Assembly: GCA_963790955.1 (NCBI GenBank)
Contig: CAWBQM010000004.1
Coordinates: 23,643-87,642 of the forward strand
Reading direction: 5' to 3'
Length of the DNA: 64,000 nucleotides
Source of the DNA: an uncultured Chloroflexia bacterium
GTDB lineage: Bacteria > Chloroflexota > Limnocylindria > Limnocylindrales > CSP1-4
Shown: piece after piece, positions 37,280-47,377 of the stretch
Layout: the number at the start of each line of letters is the position of its first letter
Position numbering within the stretch: the first letter of the stretch is position 1
Translations under genes and position numbers: made by a program
Notes under the pieces: model-generated
What the model was told of the DNA's origin: nothing
Seen by the model: the letters and a program-made list of their open reading frames with translations, nothing else
The model's database searches: none

Positions 37280-37354
37280 GGGCCCGTAGCTCAACGGTAG
37301 AGCAAGTGACTCTTAATCACTAGGTTCAGGGTTCGAATCCCTGCGGGCTCACCA
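37280..37354 (+). tRNA. tRNA-Lys (anticodon CTT)
   Basis: The cloverleaf can be folded by hand: acceptor GGGCCCG/CGGGCTC (one G-U pair), D arm GCTC-AACGGTA-GAGC, anticodon arm AGTGA-CTCTTAA-TCACT, variable loop AGGTT, T arm CAGGG-TTCGAAT-CCCTG, discriminator A, and an encoded CCA. Confidence 0.85.
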
Positions 37355-37450
37355 CTCCCCGCTCGTGACCTGCCAGCCTCGTTGGTTGCGCCAGAACCGC
37401 CTGACCAGGATCACTTCGACCGCTTGACATAGCGCCCGAGGATCGAGGGC

Positions 37451-38009
37451 ATGAGCCTGATCAATTCCGCGGCCGTCCCCGCACGGCTCGCACCCTTCCT
37501 CGCCCAGTGGGACTACATCACCGGCGTCCTGTTCGCACGTCTCGAGGGACTCACGGACGACGCCTTGTTGTGGGAGCCAGGACCCGAAGTCTGGACGGTC
37601 CGCCTCGTGGACGGCCGCCCGACTCCCGACGTGGAGTCCTGGCCCCCAGGTGGGTCGCCGGCACCGCCCAGGACGCTGGCATGGACCCTGGGCCACCTCG
37701 GTGCAGCATCTGCCGTGCGAGCCGACTGGCTCGTGGGCAGCCACTCGCTGAGGGATGACGAACTCGTCTGGCCGATGACCGCGACAGGGAGTGTCGCGTT
37801 CGCGCGGCCGGGCTGCAGGCCTGGCGAGATGGACTCGCCCAGATGACCGAGCGGGATCTCGACACGGTGGGTCGAAGCGCCTATCCCGGTGGTCTCGACC
37901 CTGAGCTGCCGTTGATCGAGATCGTGTGGTGGGTAAGCAAGGAGCTCCTCTTTCACGCGGGCGAGGCGTGGCTGGTCCTGGACATCTACGCCGCTCGCGC
38001 CCGCGCCTG
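37451..38009 (+). CDS. DinB/YfiT-like (DinB_2) family protein, apparent frameshift near 37800
   Basis: AWTLGHLG ... in the 37451..37846 ORF. It continues in the next frame (AAGLQAWRDGLAQMTERDLDTVGRSAYPGGLDPELPLIEIVWWVSKELLFHAGEAWLVL) to the stop at 38009. Confidence 0.5.
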
Positions 38010-38021
38010 ATTGCCTCGGCG

Positions 38022-38480
38022 TCAGCCGCGCTGCCAGCCATCCTTGGCCCGGAGGCCGAAGCCGAGGCCACGATCGAGCGCCACGTGGGCCAGCCAGGTG
38101 ATGCCGGCGACATACACGATGAGCGGGACGGCCCGGGCGGCCTCGAACCGGGCGGGTTCGTCATTGAGGAGCCTGGCCATGAGCAGCCCGACCAGGGCGA
38201 GCAGGATCAGGCCGGCTGGGATCAGCAACCGGTGGGCGAGGTTGTAGGCGGGCACCGCCCGAGGCGGAAGCTGGCCAGGTTCATGTGGTTGGCCGAGGCC
38301 GGCGAGGAACGTCAGATCGGGCAGCAGCGCGAACACGACGATCGGCACGGGCCCGAGGTCATGCACCACGACCTCGAAGATCGCGAATACCGCCAGCGCC
38401 GACCCGAGCGCAAGCCACATGAGTCGTCGGAGGCGCCTCCGGGTCGCATCCGACATGGACCTGGGCCCGCTCCTGGGCAT
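38022..38480 (-). CDS. DUF4260-family membrane protein
   Basis: An approximately 150-aa protein with four TM helices. The C-terminal AHVALDRGLGFGLRAKDGW matches the DUF4260 signature (HIGfDRalGYGLK). Confidence 0.55.
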   Translation of the reverse strand: MPRSGPRSMSDATRRRLRRLMWLALGSALAVFAIFEVVVHDLGPVPIVVFALLPDLTFLAGLGQPHEPGQLPPRAVPAYNLAHRLLIPAGLILLALVGLLMARLLNDEPARFEAARAVPLIVYVAGITWLAHVALDRGLGFGLRAKDGWQRG

Positions 38481-38731
38481 GCTCTTGCCGAGCGCCTCCT
38501 TGCCTCACACCGGACCGGCGCTCGTCTCTCGATCGCCAGCGTGATCACGATGCCACACCGTGAGACATTGGACCCGATCGCGGACCGACCCCAGTCTGGT
38601 GGCGCTACCGCCGGAGATCGACGCCTACCGTCGATTGAGGGCGTGTGCTTGCTCCTCCGATGGACCGCTCCGCTACCTGCATGAAGAAGCCGCGGCCTCG
38701 GGACGTATCCCGAGGCCGCGGCCAGACGCGT

Positions 38732-41700
38732 CTACCGAAGTGCGTTGGACAGGCTGAGGAGTACCTGTGCCTGCTCCGGGGTAAGCGCCTTGCCGGTTTG
38801 CGCCTTGACTTGGCTCGCGAATGCATCGAGCGTGTTGTTGCGGACCTTGGCGCTCTTCGCTGCGTTGGCCGCATCGAGCTTGTCGATCAACCCGCTCGTG
38901 ACGTTCGGGTCGGTGCTGAAGTAGGCGACCAGCTGCTCGAGCGACGCGAAGGTCACCGGCGGCCGAGCTGAACTCGAACGTTCCTGCACCGACTCGATAG
39001 ACGTCGTAGTTGCCCGACCGGCGCACGAACGTCGTGCCCGGAGTAAGGGGCAAGCTGATGCTCGAGGATGCGGACGCCAGCGGCACCCAGACCTCGCCGC
39101 CGGTGCCTGCAGGCGCGGCGACCTCGATGTGGAACATGGCCGGTCCCGGCGTCCTGCGCCCACTTGACCTCAACGGCGCCGGAGGCGGTCGGGACCTGGC
39201 CCTCGGCCCACCCGATGTCCACCGGCTGGGGCTTCACCTGCGAACGTTCGTAGCCGGGATCGACGGCGGTCGCGCCGAGCACGGCCTCGGTGAGGACCTG
39301 CGTCGGACCGGCGCCCCACGCGTGGGCGAGGCTGTCGAAGCCCCGATCCGGGAAGCCGTTGGCGAACACGAACTCCCAGAACGTGTTGGTGTAGTAGCGG
39401 GCTGGTCGGGATCCACCTGCATGCCCCACAGCCGCCGCATCAGGTCGAGTGCGCCTGCTGCGTCGTTGCTTTGAAGGCGGGCGAGCATCTCCCAGTAGTT
39501 GTTGAGCGGTTCGATGGTGTGGCCAAACGGGTCGTCATGCTCGGCGACGGCTGCGAGATCTCGCTGCCGTGCTCGACCCACGCTGCACGGAAGTAGTCGA
39601 GGATGTGCTGGACCCGTCAGCCGGCGCGACACCGAGACGGACCGCGTTCATATTCGCGTCGAGCGGGTAGGTTTCCGCGTCGGCTGTCGGTGTGCTGGTA
39701 GAGGCCCAGCGATCGGTGTTGAAGAGGTGCGAGTTGATCGCTGTCCTTGAGCGCTGCCGCGTGGGCCGTGTATTCGGCCGACCTTGTCGGGAGTTCCAAT
39801 CTGGCCCTCGAGCCAGATCATGTCGTGGAGGAGCTCGTAGTAGGCCAGGTTGTACTCGGTGACCTCGCCATTCTGGCGGGTCTGCCAGTAGTCGTTGTCG
39901 TTGGTCACGATGAGCCCGTTCTCGTCGAGCCTGGACGCCGCATAGGCGGTGGCGGCCTCGAGGTTCGGGAGCAGCGCCTGTGATGTATGCCGTGTCGCCG
40001 GTGTAGCGGTAGTACTGGATGGCGATGATCGCCGAGTAGTTCGAGTACGTGACCGCGTAGTCGAAGCCGCCGCAACCGCGGAAGCCGACAGCACTGGTCA
40101 GATGACCGCTGGATGCCTGTAGATCCATGATCGCGTCGATCGAGCCCGTCACGTACGGGGCGGCGTTCGATCCGAGTGAGAGCAGCGCCACCGGGTCGCT
40201 GATCGTGAGATCGCCGGACCAGATGGCGCGGTCGCGCTTGGCTCCGTCGAAGATGACGGGCTTCGTGAAGCAGGACGAAACGCCCGACCGGGCACCATGT
40301 CCATCTGGGCCGTATAGGCACCGGCGTACCACATCCGGTTGAGCTGCTCGTCACTCGAGAGGAACCAGCCCTGGTATGCATCCGGCGTGGCGCGATACGC
40401 CTTGAAGTTCAGACCGGCCCCAGAGAGCTCGATCGTGCCCGGCGTGCGCAGCTCGATCGCTTCGAAGCGGAGGCCACCCCGCAGACCACCGGTGTACGTG
40501 TCCGCGCTGCCGATGTTGTTGAAGTTGATCTGACTGCCGTTGTCATTGGTGTACGTTCCGACACCCGTGACGGTCGCGCCCGCGGCGTGCGAGTCCGACA
40601 GTGCGGGGCCGAACGTGATGCCGGTGCCCGCGCTCGACACGGTCGTGCCGATATCGTGGCCAGCCGTCAATGCCGGGCTGAAGTCGATGCCGCCGCCCGC
40701 GCCGCGGATCGCGGTGCCGGCAGCGTGGTCGTTCGCGAGCGGCGGTGCTAAACGTGATGCCGCTGCCGGGCGAGGCGACCGTGACCAGCGCGTCGTGTGC
40801 GTTCGCCAGGGCCGGCGTGACGTCGATGCCGGTGCCCGGCTTGCTCACATCGAGCACCGGGGCGCCAGGGCTGTGGACGATCGTGAGAGGCGAGTCGACG
40901 ATCAACTGCTGGCTGGAGCCGCTGCCACTCGACGACGAGACTGTCCGGATCTCCTGGTTGGCGCCGGTGTCGATGGAGATCTGGTCGCCGACGGCGAAGT
41001 TCGGTTCGGCTCGACACCCGAAGCGTGGTGGGGCCGGGCGGTCCCTGGACGTTGCTGTTCCAGGGCGAGATCCCGTACGGCCCGGACACGAACATCGCGG
41101 GCCATGCGGAATCGTCGAAGCCGGCGCTGTTCCAGCCGTCGGGCGGCGATGCCGGCGTGCCAGCGAGCGCCTTCCAGCTGGCGTCACTGACGGCGTGGCT
41201 ACCGTCGATATCGAACGCGGCAAGCATGCTGCCCGCGCCGCTGCCGTTCGTCGCCGCGACGGCGATCGACGTTGGTGCCGTCGACGAGGTACGGCTTGAT
41301 ATCGGCGACGCTGAACGTCCGCCAACCGTTGGCGACGTGCAGGGACGACACGAGCGTGCCGTTGACGTAGGTGTCGTGCTCGTCGTCCACCGCGATCCCA
41401 AGAGCCGCTGAGGTCACCGCCGAGGCGTCCGGGACGTTGAAGGTCTTACGCACGTAGATGGTGCCCGACGGCGCGCTGCTCGAGGCGCCGGCGGTGTTCC
41501 AGATCCAGTTCGCGTCGGTGTAATCGGGAACCGGCAGACCGGTCGTCGTATTCGCGACGGAGAACGTGGTATTGACGCCGGCCGTGCCGACGCCCGTGAT
41601 CGTGACGTGGTCCTGGCTGGCGCCGGGCTCGACGTCGATCTCATTGCCCACCGCCAGGCCGCTGACGCTCGTGACCTTGATGTTGGTGTCACCGGCGGTG

Positions 41701-42634
41701 GCGGCGCTGAACAGGCTCGTCGTCGTGGCCGGCGTGCCGACGCTGGCCGCCGTCCGGACCTCCGCGCCGGCGCCGGTGTCGAGGAGCACCTTCTGGCCGG
41801 CGGCGAAGCCCGACACGCTAGCGACCTTGACGTTCGTGTCGCCGGCGCTGGCGGGGTAAACGATCGTCGTCGGCGCGCCCGGCGGCGGTGCCGACCGAAG
41901 TGATCGTGGCGCCTCGTCACCCGATGGTGATCGGACCGCCGGACGGCATAGCCGTCCACGGACGCCACACTGATGTTGGTGTCACCCGCCGAGGCCGGGA
42001 GAACCAAGCGCGGTGTTGGGCGCGGCCGCGGTCCCGACCTCGGTGACGGTGCGGGTTTCCGCCGCATCGCCCGTCGTCGACCGTGATGTCGGTAGCCAGC
42101 GTAGAAGGGGCTGCGCTCGCGACCTTGACGTTCGTCGACCCGGCAGCCGCGTCGCGCGCCAGCGAGGTCGTCTGTGTTCGTATTCAGGAACGGAAGCGCC
42201 TCGCTGGTCGAGATCCGGACGGACGGTGATCCCGAGACGTTTGAGACGTTGAGATACGGCGTCCCACCGACCTCCTGTCCGTAGTCGAGGACGACGACGG
42301 CCTCAGGGCCGCCTTCCTCCATCGTCAGGGTTGCGGAACCGTCGTTACCGAGCAGGCTCTCGGCGTTCGTCACGCCACCATGCGCGCGCGTGATCGCGAC
42401 CGCCTTGACGTCGTCGCTCGAAGGGCCCGGAACGTAGCTCTGCCAGTCGGGATTCGGAGGCCACATCGGCAACGGGTCCGCCCCGCGCACGGGGACTGCC
42501 GACAGCGGTACAAGCACGGCCACTGCCATGGCCACCGTCAGCGCGCGGAGCCTCGTCTTCCGGTAATCGGTCGGCGTGGAGCGCTTGCCGCGTACGCGAG
42601 CTACCCACATAGGGGCCCCTCCTCCTCGGCTCAT
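38732..42634 (-). pseudogene. GH78-like alpha-L-rhamnosidase-family gene with inserted GDTNI-repeat modules, at least 8 frameshifts
   Basis: Successive minus-strand ORF fragments in different frames: signal peptide plus N-terminus (41414..42634); GDTNIKV repeat modules and ANWIWNTAG ... YVRKTFNVP (41199..41816); DASWKALAG ... FDDSAWPA (40748..41401); FLSSDEQLNRMWYAGAYTAQ (40149..40670); DGAKRDRAIWSGDL (39535..40332); LMRRLWG (39234..39632); YTNTFWEFV ... WAEGQVPTASGAVEVKW (38953..39429); and the C-terminal beta-sandwich (38732..39173). Confidence 0.6.
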
Positions 42635-42972
42635 TGAGCCCGGGCGCGCCGGCGTTCACGCAGGCACGAGGAGCGGGCTCGATCTCCCTGGCAAACGGCG
42701 GGGCGGCGGGCTCGGGGAACCGGGTAGTCCCTCCGTGTCGAGCTTCCGCCCGCTGGGAAGATGGCCGTCCGCGACCATTTCGATCAACTTCGCAGGGCTT
42801 CCGAATCCTTTCGGTCGTCAAAGCGGTGCTTCCCGGCACCGACCTACCGCGCATGCCGGCCCACGAGGAGGAACCGGGGGGCCGGTGGCCCCCGGTTCCA
42901 TTTCTGGCTGGAGGGCCGGTCGAGCAACGGGTCGGCCGTCGGCCGCCGACACCATGTCCGCTGGCCCGGGAA

Positions 42973-45900
42973 TCACTTCGGCTGGAAGTGGGTCTGTCCG
43001 GCGCCGACCGCCCAGATCTCGCGACCGTCCTGGATACCGACGAACTCGGCGCCGCCGTTGCCGGAAGCGCGGTATGACCGATTCGTACCCGTCGTGGGGA
43101 GGGACACCATGGCCGTAACGTTGTTGGGCAGCGAGATGTTGAGGCTGACGCCCTTGTCAACATGCCGCCAGGCGCTGGTCACTTTTCCGGCCGGCGTGGA
43201 GTAGCTAGCGCTCACGCTGTCGAGGTCGTCGAAGACGGCAGGCTTGATGAGCAGGTTCTCGTAGCCGATCGAGTCGGCGCCTGCTGATCCCGGCTAGGCC
43301 GTGGACGAACCACGAGTCGACCTCGCCGAGGAAATGGTGATCCTGTGACCCGGTGCCGCTCGAGAGGCTCTCGGCCAGCGTCGTGTGGCCGCTGGTTGAC
43401 CAGGTACGCGTACCCCGGCGAGGCCGGGTTGGTGACCATCCGGTAGATGACGTCATCGCGACCGGCGGCGTGAAGCGTCCGGAACAGCGGGCCGATAGCC
43501 GACCGAGCCCGTGCCGATCCGGTAGCCGAAGTCGGCGACCGCTGCCACGAGGCTGTCCACGACGGCCTGATGGTACTCGTCGGGGACGAGGCCGGCGTCG
43601 AGCGCGACGGCGTTGGACGCCTCGGTGTTGTTCGCGTACCAGGCGTGACCGGCGCCGTCGGTGTGGAGGTACTTGGCGTTGTACTCATCCTTGAGGCTCG
43701 AGGCGAGGGCGCGAGTACGTCGCCGCGTCGGCGGTCCTGCCGAGCAGGTGCGCGATCTTGGCCATCGTGCTCGCGCCCCGGTAGTAGCCGTAGTCGATGA
43801 TCGCCTGGGCGTCGGTACTCTGGGCGGCCGACCAGTCACCGAGACCCTGGATGTTGCCGCCGTTGGTCGGCCTTAGTCGTGGCCTCCCAGTCGAGCCACT
43901 TCACCATGGCGTCGTAGTTGGCGGCCATGGTCTTGGTATCGCCATAGACCTCGTACAGGTTCCACGGGATCATGATCACCGCGCCGCCCCAGTTCGGCTC
44001 GTCGAGGAACCAGGTGTTGCCAAAGCCGAACGGCGGGACGAAGTGATACTCCGGGGCGATGTTGGCGATCATGCCCGGGAACTGGCCATCGAATGGGACA
44101 GGGCGCTGAGCCGTGCGCATGTTGTTGACGAGCTGGCCCTGGTAGGCCTGCATGTCGAACAGCGTCAGCTCGGTGTCGATGTTGTGCAGGTTGTCGCCGG
44201 TGTACGGGCCCTTCTCGCGGTCCGGGCAGTCCGTGAGCACCGACTGCATGTTGGACTCGAGCGCGCGCTTGAGTGATCGCGTAGATCGAGTTGAGCAGGT
44301 CGCTCGAGCTCTCGAACGACGCGGTCTCGCGGCTGGAGTTGTACGTCACCAGCGTCGTGATCGTGTCCGCGGTCGGCGCGCTGGCCAGCCCGCTGACCTG
44401 CAGGTAGCGGAAGCCGTTGTAGGTGAACTGCGAGTGCCAAGTCTCGGTACCGCCGCCTCGCAGCGTGTACTGGTACAGGATCTGGCTGGTCGCCGAGGCG
44501 CCGGTCGAGCCGACGTTGACCGTCCCGTCGGCGTTGATCGTCTCGGCCGGGATCATCTTGACGGTCGTTCCGGCCTCACCGGAGATGGTGATCTTGGGCA
44601 GGCCCGACTGGTTGACACCGAAGTCAAGAACCTATGTCGGCGGCTTGGTGCTGGTGACGGTCGCCCCGAACGAATATGCGGAGGTCAGGGCGGGCGTGAA
44701 GCTGACCCCCTTCCCGGGGTTCACGACCGCTTCGCCGTCCGCGTGATCTGACGTCAGGGGCGCATCGAGGCCTACCCCCGTCCCGGTGGCGCCGGCGGAG
44801 CCAACCGAGGCGACAACCGCGCTCTCGTGGTCGGCGCTCGAGCCGATGATGATCGTGTCGCCGATCTGGAAGTACGGGTTGCGGCGGCCGCCCGTACTCG
44901 CCACCTTGATGTTCGTGTCGCCAGCGGTCGCGGGCGAGGCGAGCGTGGTCGAGTTGGCGTTGCCGACCTCGGTGACCGTGCCGCTCTCGCTGGTGCCGAT
45001 GTTGATCGTGTCGCCAACGGTGAAGTTGCTCGTTGACGCGACGAAGAGGGTGGTATCGCCGGGCTTTGCGTCGGCCACGAGCGTCGAGTCGCCACCGGCC
45101 GGCGTGACGGCGTTGATGGCGACCGGATGCGACTCGCGAGCGACCGTGACCGGCGGTCGCGGATCGGCCACGAGCGGCGTGGTGTCCTGCGGGTACGTGT
45201 CGGGGGTGAGGGTCACCAGGCCCGCGGAGCGCCAGTCGGGACCATCGAGGTTGGCAGCCGAGCTCGTCCAGTTGGGAGCGATCCGCTGCGCGTCGTAGTC
45301 CTCGCCGGCCCACCATGCCGAGAACGTGGTCGGCCCGAGTTCGGTTCGCCAGGATCCATCGCTGGCGATCGTCTCGACCGAGCCGTTGGCGTAGGTGATC
45401 TCGAGCTGGGCGATCACCTTCGGGGTCCCGTACACGGGCTCCGGGTTGTTCTGGAAGAAGTAGCGACCCGGCGTGATGACGCGGTCGTACTCGCCGCTGC
45501 CGGTCTCGATCCCGATGACGTTCGAGCCGCCCTGGAGCAGGCTCGTCACGTCGTAGGTGCGGTAGTTGATCTCAGCGAAGAACGAGGTCTCGCCGGGTTC
45601 GAGGACGGCGTCACCGGCGGGCTGGCCGTTGAGCTTGGCGGCGTACTGTCCGAGACCGGTCATGTACAGGCGCGCCTTGGCGATCGTGCCGTCGACCGTG
45701 AACGCCTTGCCGAAGATCGGCAGCGGGTTGGGCACGCCGTCGGTCTCGTACGTGTAGTCGGGGTTCTCGATCCACTTGGCCGACCAGTCGGCATTGGTGA
45801 GCAGGCCCATCTCCCAGGTCGCGGCTGGGCTCCAGTTGCTCACGTTGCCGTCGCCGTCCCAGACTCGGACATCCCAGACGACGGCCTGACGCGGTCGGAG

Positions 45901-46287
45901 CTGCTCCCCGTCATAGACGATGTTGTTCGAGCCGCCAGATTCGACCCGGCCGGAATCCCACATGTCCGGGTTGCTGAGCTTCGGGACGGACGTCGCCACT
46001 CGGATCTCGTAGGCCGACTGCCGGGATGCGGGGCCGCTGCCCGCGACGCCCGAGACGTGCCAGCTCAGGATCGGCGCCGGATCACCGATGCCGATCGGGT
46101 TGTCGAAGGTATTGACACGGAGCGTGGACACATGAAGGGCGCGCGCCCCAAGCAGCGTGCTCATCGTTCCAGACAGTGGCAGCAACGCCGCGACCAGGGC
46201 GACGGCTGCGACGAGCGAGAGGCTGATCCGGGCGGGTTGGCGTGACCGCCCGGCGCTGGTGGCGTGGCTTGTCCTCTGGAACAACAT
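42973..46287 (-). pseudogene. GH78-like alpha-L-rhamnosidase-family gene (second tandem paralog), at least 5 frameshifts
   Basis: Signal peptide plus LRVNTFDNPIGIGDPAPILSW ... ARLYMTGLGQYAAKLNG and GDTNIKV modules (44632..46338); FTYNGFRYLQVSGL (43873..44556); TDCPDREKGPYTGD (43836..44249); further fragments at 43212..43839; and the C-terminal ASYSTPAGKVTSAW ... VSLPNNVTAMVSLP (42973..43215). One frameshift is mapped to a single extra G in caaGcgcgcgctcgag at about 44262. Confidence 0.6.
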
Positions 46288-46530
46288 CGACCTCTCCAAT
46301 CCGGCCGTCGTCGGGCGCGCCCTCGACCTCACTCCCAATCAGCTGGGCGGGCTCGAGCCGTCGGTCGCTGCGTGCTCGAGCCCAAGACCCAGTGGAAGAC
46401 TCGGCCTCCGTGACCGTTTCGATCAACTTCGCCGGCGTTCTGATTGCTTTCGATCCCGCGCAGATTGCCCCGTCGCTAATACGGGTCGCCCACCGCCCGG
46501 GCTCGCCGGCATCACCGGCCGACGACCTCG

Positions 46531-47364
46531 TCAGGCGTCTCCGGCCGGGTACGCGACCTGGACGGTGACGTGAAGCTGGCGGAGCCGTTCGAGGAATTCG
46601 GGCCGAGCTCCCGAGTCAGTCAGGACCAGACCGATCGAGTCGATCGGGCAAAACGGGGCAATGGCGGCTCGACCCAACTTGGTGTGGTCGACGATAGCTA
46701 CGACGCGGGCGGCGGCCGCGACGAGATCACGTTTCGTGCCCGCCTCGGCGGCCGTGGTCTCGATGAGTCCCGCATCCAGCGTGAGACCGGCCGCGCCGAG
46801 GAAGGCCACGTCGAAGGCCGGCGGTACGCGGCCGAGCTCCGAACGGCCGTCGACCACGGACAGCGTCCCTCCGCGGACCCGGCCACCGAGCATGAGGACC
46901 TCGATCCCGGGCGTTCGAGAGAGCTCGATCGCGAGCGGAATCCCGTTCGTGACGATCCTCAGATGGCGCCAGGCGCGGTGCCCTTTGATCGCGCGCGCGA
47001 CGTGCAGGGCGGTCGTACCGGCGTCGAGGGCGATCACCTGGTCGTCGCCTATCAAGTCGGCGGCGGCCCTGGCGATTGCCTGCTTCTCGCGGAGTTCTCG
47101 GTGGTCGCGAATCTCGAACTGACGCTCGAGCCTGTCCATCGTCGCTGAAACCGCCCCGCCGCGGGTCCGAAGAAGGCGATGTTCACTGGCAAGGATCGCC
47201 AGGTCCTTCCGGATTGTCACCAACGAGACCCCGAACTCGACAGCAAGCGCGTCCACATTGACGCCGCCGCGCTCGTCCACGCGCATCGCGATCCGATCTC
47301 GCCGCTCGGTTGCCGGAATCTCGGGAGCCGCGGTCGCTCGGCCTCGACTCATCAGCCATCGCAT
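46531..47364 (-). CDS. DeoR/GlpR-family transcriptional regulator
   Basis: An N-terminal HTH (VDALAVEFGVSLVTIRKDLAIL) plus a C-terminal DeoR sugar-binding domain (IALDAGTTALHVARAI ... VTNGIPLA ... LGAAGL). Confidence 0.8.
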   Translation of the reverse strand: MRWLMSRGRATAAPEIPATERRDRIAMRVDERGGVNVDALAVEFGVSLVTIRKDLAILASEHRLLRTRGGAVSATMDRLERQFEIRDHRELREKQAIARAAADLIGDDQVIALDAGTTALHVARAIKGHRAWRHLRIVTNGIPLAIELSRTPGIEVLMLGGRVRGGTLSVVDGRSELGRVPPAFDVAFLGAAGLTLDAGLIETTAAEAGTKRDLVAAAARVVAIVDHTKLGRAAIAPFCPIDSIGLVLTDSGARPEFLERLRQLHVTVQVAYPAGDA

Positions 47365-47377
47365 TGGTCAGACCTCG

